A stretch of DNA of 64,000 nucleotides from Nannocystis bainbridge (GCF_028368995.1 NZ_JAQNDL010000005.1:128001-192000), one strand, 5' to 3'. Positions 9,698 to 25,840 are shown, counted from the first letter of the stretch. A program made the numbers and translations. The notes: generated by a model not told the origin, from the sequence alone.

Positions 9698-10215
9698 CCC
9701 ATCCGCATCGCCCACGCAGCAGCCTCGGGCGCTCGCTCGAGCGGGGCTCGGGCTACATCACCCGCTGGTCGGGCAGCTCGTGGGCGTTCGCGCTGGCGGT
9801 CCTGACGATCGCCCTCTGGCTGGTGACGGGTCCGCTGTTCGGCTTCTCCGACACCTGGCAGCTCGTCATCAACACCGGCACCACCGTGGTCACCTTCTTG
9901 ATGGTGTTCCTGATCCAGCGGGCCCAAAACAAGGAGTCGCTGGCGGTGCAGCTCAAGCTCAACGAGATCGTGGCCGCGCTCGAGGGCGCCTCGAACCGCC
10001 TGATCGACATCGAGAACCTGTCCGAGGCCGAGCTCGGCGTCATCCATCGCCACTATCACACGCTGGCCGAGATCGCGAAGCACGAGAGCGACATCCGCCG
10101 CTCGCACTCGATCGAGGAGGCCCGCCACCGCAGCCGCGCCGGCCACAAGTCGCACCCGCGCGCCAGCCACGGGCCGCCCGAGGCCGGCGACGCCTGCGAG
10201 CCGCGGAAGCCCTGA
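9694..10215 (+). CDS. Low-affinity iron permease (Fet4-like) family protein
   Basis: FGFSDTWQLVINTGTTVVTFLMVFLIQ..QN...QLKLNE signature. Confidence 0.88.
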   Translation: MTHPHRPRSSLGRSLERGSGYITRWSGSSWAFALAVLTIALWLVTGPLFGFSDTWQLVINTGTTVVTFLMVFLIQRAQNKESLAVQLKLNEIVAALEGASNRLIDIENLSEAELGVIHRHYHTLAEIAKHESDIRRSHSIEEARHRSRAGHKSHPRASHGPPEAGDACEPRKP

Positions 10216-10431
10216 CGGGTCGCGCTCGCACCTGTCCCGAGAGACAGCCGCCAGGCCGGTCCCCGCGCGAGGCACATGTCCCGGAAGACAGCTCGCTCCG
10301 CGCCGACGCCGTGGCGCTCGCACATGTCCCGCGGGACAGCCTCACCTACCGCCCGGCCGACCCAATGAGTTCGCCCCCGGAGGCGCTCGCTCGGAGCTCC
10401 CGCGGGGGCGTGCGTCGCCGCGGCGACGGGC

Positions 10432-11679
<1,248 letters not shown>

Positions 11680-11797
11680 CGCCCTGTCGCTTTCCGTGAG
11701 GTGTCCTGGCCAAATAGGCCGGTGGCGCGGTTCGCCGCGGACCGGGGGTATACCACGGCCCCCCGCCCGTCCTGCCCGCGCCCGCGTGCGACCGTGC

Positions 11798-14700
11798 TCA
11801 CCCGCCGCCGGCCACCGCGGGCGCTGCGGCATCTCCGGCGGCGATCTGGCCGCTCTCACGCTCGACCCTGAACGCCTTGCCGTCGAAATGGACGGTGATT
11901 CTTTCGTAGCTCACCGGCCTGCCGAGGGTGTGGCCCTGGTGACGGACCTGCAACGAAGGCCCGCCACCCGCCGGCAGCTGGACCGCGAACAGCCCGGTGA
12001 TCCCGGCGTCGGCGACGTCGCCCGCGAGCGGCGCCGTCGGATCGGCGGTGAGCGCGAGCCGCACGCCGAGGTCGTCCCACACGAGGAAGGTCCAGCTCGC
12101 GGCCCCCGCGAACAGCTGCAGGCGCCCGAGCTCGCGGGCCACGCTGGCCTCGGGGATCTTCGCGTCGGGCGCGGCGAGCAGCCGGGCCAGCAAGACCGCC
12201 GCGTGCAGGCGCGCGAACCGTCGCGGATCGTCGACCCCCGGGCGCCCCTCACCGGCCGCCACTTGTCGCAAGATCCGCAGCCCCTCGTCCACGCGACCCG
12301 CCCCCGCCGCCGCGCGCGCGAGCCGGATCGACGCCGTCGGATCGTCGGGCCGGATCGCCACCAGATCCTCGTACTGCCGGTAGGCCCGCTCGAACCACCC
12401 GTGACGCAGGAAGATGTCGCCGAGCAGCGCGCGGCTCTGCGGGTTGTCGGCGTCGAACTCGACGATCTCCGAGAAGATCCGCTGCGCCTCGTCGACCTGC
12501 GCGTGGGCGACGAACACCTCGCCGATCTGCTGCGCCAGCACCGGCGTCATCAGCCCCTGCTCGCGCAGCAGTCGGCCGCGGGCCAGCGCCTCCTCGAGCT
12601 TGCCCTGCTCGCTCAGCAGCTGGATCAGCCGCCGCTCGCCCTGCGGATCGCCGGGGCTGCGCTGCAGCGCCGCCTGCACCATCTGCAGCTTGCGCGTCGC
12701 CGCGTCGCCGCCGACCACCAGCTGCAGCTGGCGATCGAGGTCGCTCCAGTCGACCCCCGCGCCGAACATCGCCCGCTCGACCGCGCCGATGAGCCCTTGA
12801 TCGACGAGCCGGCGCAACAGCCCGCGCGCCAGGTAATTGCGCGCATCGGGCTCGCCGGAGAAGTGCCCGAGCAGCAGGCCGATGTCGGCCTCGGTCGCCG
12901 CGCGCTCGTGCAGCAGCTGCAGGAACACCCGCTGATCCTTCCACCCGGTGATCTCGCAGCTGCCGGCCGCGGCCTCGTAGGCGTTGAGCGCCGAGAACAT
13001 GTCCGAACGGTCAGCCAGCCGCTTCTGCCACAGGATCCGTCGGTGCCCCAGGCTGCGCGCCGCCGCGTCGGAGCACGGCAACTTGAGCCCGCGCGGCACC
13101 GGCGAGACCACCGGCGGCGGCGGCGGCGTCTTCGGCCTCGCCGTCGTCCCGTTGCCATCGATGTCGAGCAGGCCGCCGATCGGGTCCGGGCTGGGCGCGT
13201 CTTTCTTGCCACCACCCCCGCGCCCCGCCCCCTTGCTCACCGAGGCCGGGCGCCGCGCGTCGTCGGCGACTCGCATCGGCTCCGGCGGCATCTCCTTCAC
13301 CGGCGACCGCTCGGCCTCTTCGGCCGGCTCCGCGTTGGCGAGCGCCCCGCCCGGGGCCATCGGCGCGGTCGAGGGCGGCGGCGGCTCCGATTTGGTCGGC
13401 ATCGCCTCACTCTGCGGTTCGGCCGGCTTGCTCGCGGCCACCGCCGCCGGCGTCTCGTTGACGGTCCGCTCCTCCGATCGCGGCGCCGACTCCATGTCGC
13501 GGCCGCAGCCGAACGGCGCCGAGGCTGCCGCTGCGATCATGCCGACGACCCGGCTGGTCTTTGATTCCTGTCCCTGAAGCCATGTCGCATCGGCGATCAG
13601 CTGCAGCCCGCCGAGCTGCCGCCGGCGCCGCTGGATGCCCTGCTGGGCGTAGGCCGCCTCGCTGTCGAGCGCGAGGAACGAGGTGAACGGGGTCATGAGC
13701 CCGTACTCGAGCCCGAGCGCGAGGATCTTGCCGCGCACCGCCTCGAGCCCGCGGCTGTCGCCGAGCAATCGCTCGACGTAGGCCGCGGCCCACAGCTTGG
13801 GCACCATGCGATCGAGCGAGCCGCCGGCGTACGTCAGCGGGTACTCCTTGGTGAACGCCTCGCCGCCGAGCCGCCCGGAGATCGTGATCTTGTCGGGCAG
13901 GTCGTGGTGCGTGCGCGCCAACATCACCAGCTCCTGCCCGCGCGACAGCTTGCCGCCGGCGCTGACGAACACGTCGTCGAGGCCCTCGCCGAGGCCGAGC
14001 TCGAGGTCGGTGATGGTCGGGGTCTTGAGCGCGCCCGACAGCTCGAGCGCGCGCACCACCGCCTGCTCCGGCCCCTCGACGCGCAGCGCCTCGCCGCCGC
14101 CGACCCGCGCCAATCGCCCGAGCATCGCCGCGTCGATCTCCGAGCCGACCCCGACGGTGTAGAGCCGCGCGCGCGAGCCCGTCATCGACCGCCGCAGCCG
14201 CTCCGCCAGCGCCTCGCCGCTGCGCTCGCCCGACGTCGCCAGGCCGTCGCCGACGTAGACCACCGCCGGCTGCTCGAGCCCGTGCACGCGCGCCAGCGCC
14301 TGCTCGAAGATCGCCCCGAGGTCGGTCGCGCCGCCGGCCGCGTGGGCCGCTACCCGCTCGAGCGCCGCGCTGATCGCCTCGGGCGTCGCCTCGGCCAGCC
14401 CATCCTCGGGGTACAGCACCTTGGCCGCCACGTCGGCGCTCATCACCGCGAACTTGTCGCCCGCCGACAGGCTGCGCAGCAGCGCCTCCGCCACCGCGAG
14501 CTTGGTCTGCTGCTCCGACGGATCGCCGGCCGCCGAGGTGTCGACCACCACCACCACGTCGCCGCGCGGCGCCGGCAATTTCGCCATGTCGAGGTCGGGC
14601 GCGAACCGGACCATCACGAAGCTGGCCTGGTCGCCGCCAGCGCTGAAGCGATTGGCGCGCAGCGGCACCCGCGATCGGTCGGGCTTGCGCGTCAGCTCGA

Positions 14701-16000
14701 GCTCGAAGTCCGCGCGCGGCGTGTAACCCGAGCGGCGCATCGTCACCTGCCGCCCGTCGGTCGACACCCGCGCCTCGCCGAGCGTCGCCAATTCGTAGTC
14801 CAGCTCGAGCCCGCGGCGCAGCTGCACCTCGAGCGAGAACTCCTCGATGCTGGCCGCCTCGCGCCCGCGCGGGGCCGCCAGCGGGTAGCTGTAGCGGCGC
14901 TTGCCCTCGCTCTCGACCATCAGCTGCTGGTAGCGCAGCACCACCCGCCGCTCGCCCGCCGGCGGCACCGGGTAGATGCGGGCCCGCACCGTGCGCGCGT
15001 CGATCCACTCGAGCAGCGCCGGATCGTTGTCACGCCGCACCGCCGCCTCGTAGGTCGCCGCCGCCTGCTTGCGCTCGACGATCTCGCCCTCGACGAGCTG
15101 CCCGTTGGTCTCGAGCGCGAAGCTGACGAGCAGCGCGTCTTCGGGGACCGTGAACCAGTACCAGCCCTCGACCGCCGTGCCCGACGGGTTGAAGAACCGC
15201 TGATCGACCAGGGTCTCGGCGATCTCGTCCTCGAGCGCCACCCGCACCGTCTGCCGCTGGATCGACAGCGGCAGCGCCGGCGTGCCCGCGGGCGCCGAGC
15301 GGTCGACGGCGTACAGCGCCCCCGAGCCCGCGCCCGCGCGCAGGCCACCGCCCGCGCGATCGCCCATGCCGCCGGTCCAGTCGTCCCAGAACGCCACCGG
15401 CTCGACCGTCGGCGCCCCGCCCTGGACCGTCGCCCGCTCGCCCGCCTCGACCTCCGCGCGGCCGCCCGCGGCGCTGACGATCGCCAGCCCCTCGGCGACG
15501 TAGACCTGCGCCTGACCTGACTCGAAGGACAGGCTCGCCCCGCCCGCCGACAGCGACACCTCGGCGTCGCCGACGGTGTGGACCACGGCTTTTTGGCCCT
15601 CCTCGAGCGGCGGCGCCTCGACCCAGATCTGGCCCTCCTGCAGGGCCACGCCGCCGGCGATCTTGACCTTGGTGCCGTCGCGGAGGAACACCCGCGACCC
15701 GTCGCTCAGGCGGATCAGCGCGCGCGCACCGGGCCCGGTGGACAGCTCGGCCGTCTCCGGCAGCGGCGTGCGCGACAGCAGCCGCTCGCTGCCCGACGCG
15801 GTCGCCAGCAGCACCTCGCCGGCGGCCAGCTCGAGGTTGGCGCCGAGCCGCTCGGACTGCACCGGCGGCGGCTTCTTCCACGGCTTGACGATCGCCACCG
15901 CGGTCGCCGAACCGACCGCCAGCAGCAGCAGACCGAGACCGAGCCAGCGCCGATTACGAGGGGATGCGAAGAGACTCGCCACGGCTGCGCAGGATGGCAC
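11798..16000 (-). CDS. Membrane-anchored FecR-like/VIT/vWA/TPR multidomain protein
   Basis: N-terminal TM; VIT-like FFNPSG..VEGWY.F..P; vWA VVDTS; [11 protein letters not shown]; Pro-rich linker; C-terminal TPR-like helices. Confidence 0.75.
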   Translation of the reverse strand: MPSCAAVASLFASPRNRRWLGLGLLLLAVGSATAVAIVKPWKKPPPVQSERLGANLELAAGEVLLATASGSERLLSRTPLPETAELSTGPGARALIRLSDGSRVFLRDGTKVKIAGGVALQEGQIWVEAPPLEEGQKAVVHTVGDAEVSLSAGGASLSFESGQAQVYVAEGLAIVSAAGGRAEVEAGERATVQGGAPTVEPVAFWDDWTGGMGDRAGGGLRAGAGSGALYAVDRSAPAGTPALPLSIQRQTVRVALEDEIAETLVDQRFFNPSGTAVEGWYWFTVPEDALLVSFALETNGQLVEGEIVERKQAAATYEAAVRRDNDPALLEWIDARTVRARIYPVPPAGERRVVLRYQQLMVESEGKRRYSYPLAAPRGREAASIEEFSLEVQLRRGLELDYELATLGEARVSTDGRQVTMRRSGYTPRADFELELTRKPDRSRVPLRANRFSAGGDQASFVMVRFAPDLDMAKLPAPRGDVVVVVDTSAAGDPSEQQTKLAVAEALLRSLSAGDKFAVMSADVAAKVLYPEDGLAEATPEAISAALERVAAHAAGGATDLGAIFEQALARVHGLEQPAVVYVGDGLATSGERSGEALAERLRRSMTGSRARLYTVGVGSEIDAAMLGRLARVGGGEALRVEGPEQAVVRALELSGALKTPTITDLELGLGEGLDDVFVSAGGKLSRGQELVMLARTHHDLPDKITISGRLGGEAFTKEYPLTYAGGSLDRMVPKLWAAAYVERLLGDSRGLEAVRGKILALGLEYGLMTPFTSFLALDSEAAYAQQGIQRRRRQLGGLQLIADATWLQGQESKTSRVVGMIAAAASAPFGCGRDMESAPRSEERTVNETPAAVAASKPAEPQSEAMPTKSEPPPPSTAPMAPGGALANAEPAEEAERSPVKEMPPEPMRVADDARRPASVSKGAGRGGGGKKDAPSPDPIGGLLDIDGNGTTARPKTPPPPPVVSPVPRGLKLPCSDAAARSLGHRRILWQKRLADRSDMFSALNAYEAAAGSCEITGWKDQRVFLQLLHERAATEADIGLLLGHFSGEPDARNYLARGLLRRLVDQGLIGAVERAMFGAGVDWSDLDRQLQLVVGGDAATRKLQMVQAALQRSPGDPQGERRLIQLLSEQGKLEEALARGRLLREQGLMTPVLAQQIGEVFVAHAQVDEAQRIFSEIVEFDADNPQSRALLGDIFLRHGWFERAYRQYEDLVAIRPDDPTASIRLARAAAGAGRVDEGLRILRQVAAGEGRPGVDDPRRFARLHAAVLLARLLAAPDAKIPEASVARELGRLQLFAGAASWTFLVWDDLGVRLALTADPTAPLAGDVADAGITGLFAVQLPAGGGPSLQVRHQGHTLGRPVSYERITVHFDGKAFRVERESGQIAAGDAAAPAVAGGG

Positions 16001-16086
16001 GACGCCGCTGACGCCGTCGACCGACAGGCCCGACGCGAACGTCGTTCACCCGGCGTCGATTTTCGCGCCCCGCGGCCCGCCCGGCT

Positions 16087-16722
16087 TTATCGCGCGTCGC
16101 GGCGGCCCTGCTCGATGACGCTGCGCAGCTTCGACACCACCAGATCGAGCGCGACCCGGTTGTCGCCGCCCTCGGGGATGATGAGGTCCGCGCGGCGCTT
16201 CGACGGCTCGACGAATTGCAGGTGCATCGGTCGCACGTGGCGGTAGTACTGCTCGCGCACGGCCTCGAAGGTGCGCCCGCGCTGCTCGATGTCGCGGCGG
16301 ATCCGGCGAAAGATGCGGATGTCCGGATCGGTGTCGACGAACAGCTTGATGTCGAGCTCGTTCCGCAGCCGCTGGTCGACCAGCACCATGATGCCCTCGA
16401 CGATCACCACCGGCGTCGACTCGACCCACCGCGCCTCGGGCAGCCGGCGGTGCGTCTTGAAGTCGTACGCCGGCACCGCGACGCGACCCCCGGCCTTGAG
16501 CGCGATGATGTGCTCGACCAGCAGCTCCGTCTCGAGCGACTCCGGGTGGTCGAAGTTGATGTGACAGCGCTCCTCGTAGGTGAGGTCGGCGCGGTCGCGG
16601 TAGTACGCGTCGTGCTCGATGATCACGACGCCTTCGGGCGGGAGAGAGTCGCCGATCTTGCGCGCCACGGTCGTCTTGCCCGAACCGCTGCCGCCGGCGA
16701 TCCCGATGATCATCGAGCTCAT
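16087..16722 (-). CDS. udk: Uridine kinase
   Basis: IGIAGGSGSGKTT, NFDHP and RRIRRDIEQRGR motifs. Confidence 0.95.
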   Translation of the reverse strand: MSSMIIGIAGGSGSGKTTVARKIGDSLPPEGVVIIEHDAYYRDRADLTYEERCHINFDHPESLETELLVEHIIALKAGGRVAVPAYDFKTHRRLPEARWVESTPVVIVEGIMVLVDQRLRNELDIKLFVDTDPDIRIFRRIRRDIEQRGRTFEAVREQYYRHVRPMHLQFVEPSKRRADLIIPEGGDNRVALDLVVSKLRSVIEQGRRDAR

Positions 16723-17149
16723 GCGGCGCAACGTAGCACGCCGCGCGCCTTCGCGCTTTCCGCGCATGCGCCCTCGCGCGTGCGGGACCGCCGTGAGCTA
16801 CCCTCGCGCGGCCCGTCCGCGGGCGTCGCTCCTCGCCGCAGCAAATCGACCACCACGCCCGCGCGACCGCGACATCTCGCGGCGTGGACACCCATCGCTC
16901 GTGCCCACGATCACCGGCCCGCCGCCGACCCTCCGGCGGCCTCGACCGCGCGACGCAGCGACGCATCCGCCGAGATCCCGGCGCAGTCTTCGCCGCGTCG
17001 CTGCGGGCGGACACATGACCTCCAGGATCCCTCGCCCACGCCCGCCGCGGACCCGCGGGTGACGATCCGAGCCCGCGCCGCCGCGGCGAAAATGACATGT
17101 CCGTTCCGACATGCGCCCTCGGACATGCCCCGAACGACAGGATCGACGC

Positions 17150-18496
<1,347 letters not shown>

Positions 18497-18765
18497 GTCG
18501 CCCGTAGCCTAGCCGACCCGGCGCGCGCCCGCCTGCCCCCCACGGCGCCGGCTCACCCGCGGCCTCGCCAGCGGCTCCTCGCGCCTGCCCCGCCGCCCCG
18601 GATATTGACTTCGCCGCCCGGCCCGGGGACACCCGAAGACACGTGCCCGCCCCGCCCCCGCCCCGCGCCGCCGACCGCCCGCCCGCCGCGCGTGCCCCTT
18701 CGGACATGCCCGATCGGACCGGTCCCGAAGGACCTGTCCTGAGCGACATGCCCGAGGAGCCATCC

Positions 18766-19830
18766 ATGCTGTCGCCGCGCGCCTTCGTCCGCGTGTGGCT
18801 GCCGATCGCCGCCTTCACCGCCCTGCACTACGGCACCGGCATGGAGCACGACTGGGCCCACGACGTCCTGCGGCGCATGTACTACCTGCCGATCGTGCTG
18901 GCCGCCTTCGACCACGGCCTGCGTGGCGGCCTGCTCGCGGCCGCCGTGTCATCGCTGGTCTACCTGCCGCACGCCTTCTCACTGTCGCCCGGGCACCACC
19001 ACGACCCCGGCGGCGGGGTCGACAAGGCGCTCGAGGTGCTCCTCTACAACCTCGTCGGCGCGACCGCGGGCCTGCTCGCCGACCGCGAGCGCAGCCGCCG
19101 GCGCGAATTACAGCGGGCCCTCGCCGACCAGCGGCGGCTCACCCGCGAGCTCGTGCGCGCCGGTCGGCTCTCGGCCCTCGGCGAGGTCGTCGCCGGCCTC
19201 GCCCACGAGATCAAGAACCCGCTGCACGCCCTCGCCGGCACCGCCGAGGTCGTCGGCCCGCTCATCCCGCCCGACGCCGAGGAGCGGCGCATGTGGGACA
19301 TCCACGTCGCCGAGCTGGGCCGCCTGTCGCGCCTCGCCGAGCGCTTCCTGTCGTTCGCTCGCCCGAGCCCGAGCGAGCTGATCGCCCTCGACCTCCGCCG
19401 CGTCGCCGAGCAGGTCGCCGAGCTTTGCGTCGCCGAGGCCCGCGGCAAGCGGGTCGAGGTCGAGCTCGACCTGCCCGAAGCGCCCGTCGCCATCCGCGGC
19501 GACCGCGATCAGCTGGCCAGCCTCGGCCTCCACATCGCCGTCAACGCCCTGCGCGCGATCGCCTCGACCGGTCACCCGGGTCGCCTGCGGATCGCCGCCC
19601 GCGTCGAAGGTGACCACGCGCTGCTGGTCCTCGACAACGACGGCCCGCCGCTGACCGTCAGCGAGCGCCCGCAGCTGTTCACCCCGTTCTACAGCGGCGA
19701 CGCCCAGGGCACCGGCCTCGGCCTCGCCATCGCCGCCCGCGTCGCCGATCAGCACGGCGGCAGCGTCGACGCCGAGAACGCCGGCCTCGGCGTCCGCTTC
19801 ACCCTGCGCCTGCCCCGGCTCGCCGCCTGA
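18766..19830 (+). CDS. Membrane sensor histidine kinase with His-rich sensing loops
   Basis: AHEIKNPL H-box and GTGLGL G2 box; N-terminal TM helices with HY, HDWAHD and GHHHD. Confidence 0.92.
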   Translation: MLSPRAFVRVWLPIAAFTALHYGTGMEHDWAHDVLRRMYYLPIVLAAFDHGLRGGLLAAAVSSLVYLPHAFSLSPGHHHDPGGGVDKALEVLLYNLVGATAGLLADRERSRRRELQRALADQRRLTRELVRAGRLSALGEVVAGLAHEIKNPLHALAGTAEVVGPLIPPDAEERRMWDIHVAELGRLSRLAERFLSFARPSPSELIALDLRRVAEQVAELCVAEARGKRVEVELDLPEAPVAIRGDRDQLASLGLHIAVNALRAIASTGHPGRLRIAARVEGDHALLVLDNDGPPLTVSERPQLFTPFYSGDAQGTGLGLAIAARVADQHGGSVDAENAGLGVRFTLRLPRLAA

Positions 19831-19904
19831 AAGCACATGGCGCCCGGGACATGTCCCGCGCGCCATGGGGTACCTGCGATCCGCAGGGTCTGCGGCACAA
19901 AAGC

Positions 19905-19938
19905 ACATGGCGCTCGGGACATGTCCCGAGCGCCATGT
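19905..19938. repeat. Perfect 34-bp palindrome, with a degenerate copy at ~19835-19867, between convergent genes
   Basis: ACATGGCGCTCGGGACATGTCCCGAGCGCCATGT is its own reverse complement. Confidence 0.9.
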
Positions 19939-19953
19939 CGCTGCGCGCCTCGA

Positions 19954-20598
19954 CTACATCTTCTTGACGTAGGCGGCGACCGCGTCGATCTCTTCCTTCG
20001 ACAGCTTGTCCTTGAACGCCTTCATCTTGGTGCCGTCGACCCCGTCGGCGATCGCCTTGACCACCGCGGCCTTGCTGTGCTTGGACTGCCAGTCCTTCGC
20101 GGCCATGTCTGGGATGTTGTTCTTCTTCTGGACCTCGGCGCCCTTGCCGTCGGCCGCGTGGCAGACCTTGCACTTGCCGTCGTAGATCGCCTTGGCGTCG
20201 ATCTTGGCCGAGGCGTCCTCGGTCTTCTTCGGCTCGGTCTTCTTCGGCTCGGCCTTCTTCGCCTCCGGCGCCTTCGCGTCCGACGCCTTGGCGTCGCCCT
20301 CGGGGGCCTTGGCGTCGCCCGCGGGCGGGGTCGCCTCGGCCGCCTTCGCGTCCTCGGCAGCCTTCGCGTCCGCCGCTGCCTTGGCGTCCTCGGCCGCCTT
20401 CGCGTCCGCTGCCGCCTTCGCGTCCGCCGCCGCCTTCGCGTCCGTCGCCGCCTTCGCGTCCGCTGCCGCCTTCGCGTCGTCGACCTTGGCCTCGACCTTC
20501 TTCTCCTCGGTCTTGGCGCCGCTATCGCAAGCGACCAGCGCCACCGCGGCGCACAGTCCGACGTTGCGGGTGATTCTCAGGACGGTCTTCAGGGTCAT
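19954..20598 (-). CDS. Monoheme class I cytochrome c lipoprotein with (DAKAAx)n linker
   Basis: LVAC lipobox, about 7 DAKAAx repeats, CKVCH and a distal Met (KMKAF). Confidence 0.9.
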   Translation of the reverse strand: MTLKTVLRITRNVGLCAAVALVACDSGAKTEEKKVEAKVDDAKAAADAKAATDAKAAADAKAAADAKAAEDAKAAADAKAAEDAKAAEATPPAGDAKAPEGDAKASDAKAPEAKKAEPKKTEPKKTEDASAKIDAKAIYDGKCKVCHAADGKGAEVQKKNNIPDMAAKDWQSKHSKAAVVKAIADGVDGTKMKAFKDKLSKEEIDAVAAYVKKM

Positions 20599-20878
20599 GT
20601 TCGAACTCCTTATCGGCCCGCGGAGCTGTCGCTAAGGGGCCAGGGCCGCGAATCGTACCGAAGCGTCATGAACGCGACAAGTTACCGTGTGAGGGCGCGA
20701 ACGCGCCGCCCACGTCACACGCGACCTCGTCGTGCGCGTCGTTGCCCGCACCACGCCCAGACCCCTCGTGCTGCCGGGCGCGCCGCTTCACGATCGCGCG
20801 ACCCAACGGCGAAGGCCGCCGCGAGCGAGCTCGGGGCGGCCTTCTGCTGCGCATCGACCGGAGGCCGACGCGCGCGGT

Positions 20879-22447
<1,569 letters not shown>

Positions 22448-23124
22448 CTGTCGTCTCTCCTCGAGGGAAAACCGGAACACGCCGCGCGACCCGGGCGCGT
22501 GTTTGGAGTGGGGGACCGCAAGGTGGTGGGTCGAGTGCTGTACGTCGAGTCGCTCACGCGAAGGAACTGGGGGGACGGGCAACTCACCACGAGGGCTTCG
22601 CCCTCGGCTCTGCCGTTTATGGCACACCGAGCCCCCTGCTGTGAACCCACCCTGCGGGCGTCGCAACACCCAAAACAGGGCCGCCGAGTTGTCGCACACA
22701 ATCGACGAGCACGCGAAAAGGCGGTGAAATCCAGGGCATCGCGACCCCGCCCCGGTCGACCCGGCTGCCGCTCGCCCGGGGCCTCCTGGGGGCTCAGGGA
22801 CCCCGGTAGACACGGTTCTCCCACGCTTTGCACCGACTTCCCCGACGCGGAGCGAATGGGGACCTGCGCGGACAAACCCCGACCCGAAACTACCAACGCG
22901 AACCGCGCCAGACCTTTCGGACAGCTCAGGAAACCGCGGCAAAAGATCGCTCGAGCATCGGCACGCCAACCCACGGACGAAAGCCGTAAATTGCCCCGGC
23001 CAGCCCGCGGGACAGCGGCCCGCTCGGCCGTCCAGCCCACGGGCCATGTCTCGAAGGCCATGACCCCAAGTGCTCGCAACTCTTGCGAGCGACCGCGGCA
23101 CGAGGGCCGCAAAGGACGTCGGAC

Positions 23125-24192
<1,068 letters not shown>

Positions 24193-24281
24193 CCCACCAG
24201 CCGCAGGCGACGCCGGCTCGCAGCGTTGCGACCCGCAGAAATGCGAGCGCGAGCGAACACCGCTCGCGTCGCCTTCACCAC

Positions 24282-24320
24282 AAAAACAAGAGCGGGCGGA
24301 AGCATCGCCTCCGCCCGCTC
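24282..24320 (-). terminator. Intrinsic terminator after the HNH gene
   Basis: GAGCGGGCGGA/TCCGCCCGCTC stem followed by TTGTTTTT on the minus strand. Confidence 0.7.
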
Positions 24321-24334
24321 ACCTCGCCGCTCAT

Positions 24335-24760
24335 TCACGCCGCCTGCGGCAGCTCGCGCTCGAGCAAGAACTTCCACAGCGGCTTGTTGCTCTTGCGCGC
24401 GTTGCAGGGCCGGCAGCACGGCACCAGGTTGTCCGGCTCGTTGCTCCCGCCGCGCGAGCGCGGGATCACGTGGTCCCGGGTCACGCTGCGCCGGTTCAAC
24501 CGCGCGTTGCAGTACGCGCAGAAGGTCAGCACGTTCCACTCGTAGAAGCGGAACTCCCGCGTGAAGCACGGGTCGAGCCGGCCTCGAATCACGTCGGCGA
24601 CGGACGCCTTGATGAACTTGCTCATGTCCCGGAACCGGCCCAGACGCCCGTCACCGTTGCGCAGCGCCTTCCGCCGAAGATGCCGCGCCAGGTAAAAATC
24701 GGGGCCCCGCTCCGGGCGGGTACACAAGGTGTCATAGTGGTTCTTGATAAGCGCTTGCAT
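24335..24760 (-). CDS. HNH endonuclease (McrA-like, CxxC...CxxC)
   Basis: CAYC...[12 protein letters not shown]...[13 protein letters not shown]; strong SD (GGAGGAG). Confidence 0.9.
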   Translation of the reverse strand: MQALIKNHYDTLCTRPERGPDFYLARHLRRKALRNGDGRLGRFRDMSKFIKASVADVIRGRLDPCFTREFRFYEWNVLTFCAYCNARLNRRSVTRDHVIPRSRGGSNEPDNLVPCCRPCNARKSNKPLWKFLLERELPQAA

Positions 24761-24804
24761 GGCTCTCCTCCCCCTCTCACCGCTCGCGTGTCACGAACGT
24801 GGAC

Positions 24805-25017
24805 TCAATCGACGTAGGTGAGCGTGCTCCACGTCGGCACCGCCACCGCCCCGCTCGCCCGGAACTCGACCTTCGCCTCGACCTCCATGTCCTCGCCGAC
24901 GAGACGAACCTGGTCGCCCGCGCGGATGCACAGCTCGCCGAGCCGATGCTCGGTCATGGCGATCCGGATGCAGTGGTCCACCGTCCGGTCGTTCAAATTG
25001 GCCTCGATCGTACGCAT
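24805..25017 (-). CDS. Small hypothetical protein (70 aa)
   Basis: GAGGAGG SD immediately after the tRNA 3' end, then ATG. Confidence 0.65.
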   Translation of the reverse strand: MRTIEANLNDRTVDHCIRIAMTEHRLGELCIRAGDQVRLVGEDMEVEAKVEFRASGAVAVPTWSTLTYVD

Positions 25018-25031
25018 ACACACCTCCTCGA

Positions 25032-25104
25032 TGGACAGGGCGGGGTTCGAACCCGCGACCTCCGCGCTGCCAGCGCGGCGCTCTCCCAGCTGAGCTACGA
25101 GCCC
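25032..25104 (-). tRNA. tRNA-Ala(GGC), atypical acceptor stem, no encoded CCA
   Basis: 73-nt cloverleaf: D-stem GCTC/GAGC, anticodon stem CCGCG/CGCGG, loop CT-GGC-AG, TTCGAAC, G3-U70, A73. Mismatches U5/U68 and C6/C67. Confidence 0.88.
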
Positions 25105-25127
25105 GGAACAAACGACATGGATCTCGA

Positions 25128-25200
25128 TGGAGAAGGTCGGACTCGAACCGACGACCTCCTGCGTGCGAAGCAGGCGCTCTCCCGACTGAGCTACGACCCC
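25128..25200 (-). tRNA. tRNA-Ala(CGC), atypical acceptor stem, no encoded CCA
   Basis: 73-nt cloverleaf: anticodon stem CCTGC/GCAGG, loop TT-CGC-AC, TTCGAGT, G3-U70, A73. Mismatches U5/U68 and C6/U67. Confidence 0.88.
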
Positions 25201-25477
25201 GTTTTCGACGCGTCCCCGCGTCGCTACTCACCCGCGGCGACGAACGCCCGTCAGCCGCCGGCGGTCCGCCGATCCGCGCAGCCCGACGATCGATTCGACG
25301 AATGGGCGACATGTCCGAACGGACATGTCACGACATTCGCCGAATCACCGCACAATCGCGGCGACTCGTCTTGCGATTCGGATCAAGGCGACCGCGACAT
25401 CCATCGCGGTCGAGACGCCGACCGACGCCGCGGGGCCGCTCTCGGATTCTCGGATCGGACCGCCCTGCGGTCGCGGA

Positions 25478-25645
25478 TCAGGCGAGACTCTTGAGAAAGC
25501 GCTGGAAACCTCGTCCAGACAACCCCGCGCGATCGGTCTGCCGATCGGCTGCATGGTCCGCCGGCAGCTCCACGGCCGGCATATTCGGTTCGGCGGTGAG
25601 AGTCTGGGGGATCGTGCAGAGAAGGATGTCTTGGACGGGACGCAT
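25478..25645 (-). CDS. Putative small protein (55 aa, MRPVQDILL...GFQRFLKSLA), below the ORF-track cutoff
   Basis: GAGGT SD 7 nt before ATG, directly downstream of a sigma70-like promoter. Confidence 0.5.
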   Translation of the reverse strand: MRPVQDILLCTIPQTLTAEPNMPAVELPADHAADRQTDRAGLSGRGFQRFLKSLA

Positions 25646-25670
25646 GGCGCTTACCTCATGAATGGCCTCA

Positions 25671-25700
25671 ACAGTACCAGCGGCGCGCGGAGCCTGTCAA
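25671..25700 (-). promoter_or_regulatory. Sigma70-like promoter
   Basis: TTGACA-N18-TACTGT with extended -10 TG; A-tract upstream. Confidence 0.65.
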
Positions 25701-25840
25701 GCTCGGTGCATAAAAAAAAGATCGCGACTCCCGACAATCATCATAGGTCGCGGACCCTCGCCGACCCCACCGGCCCGCCGGCTCAATCACGCCACCCCTT
25801 GGCGCGAGCGCGCGCCTCTCTCCGCTGAACCATGTCTTTT

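Noticed and set aside
13480-13560. Internal lipobox-like segment ([10 protein letters not shown]) suggesting a second gene within the VIT/vWA ORF
   Set aside because: The reading frame is continuous and there is no convincing RBS or positively charged N-region, so a separate gene cannot be supported.
24335-25200. Prophage or integrative element inserted at tRNA-Ala
   Set aside because: No integrase, no duplicated tRNA 3' fragment and no phage structural genes in the window.
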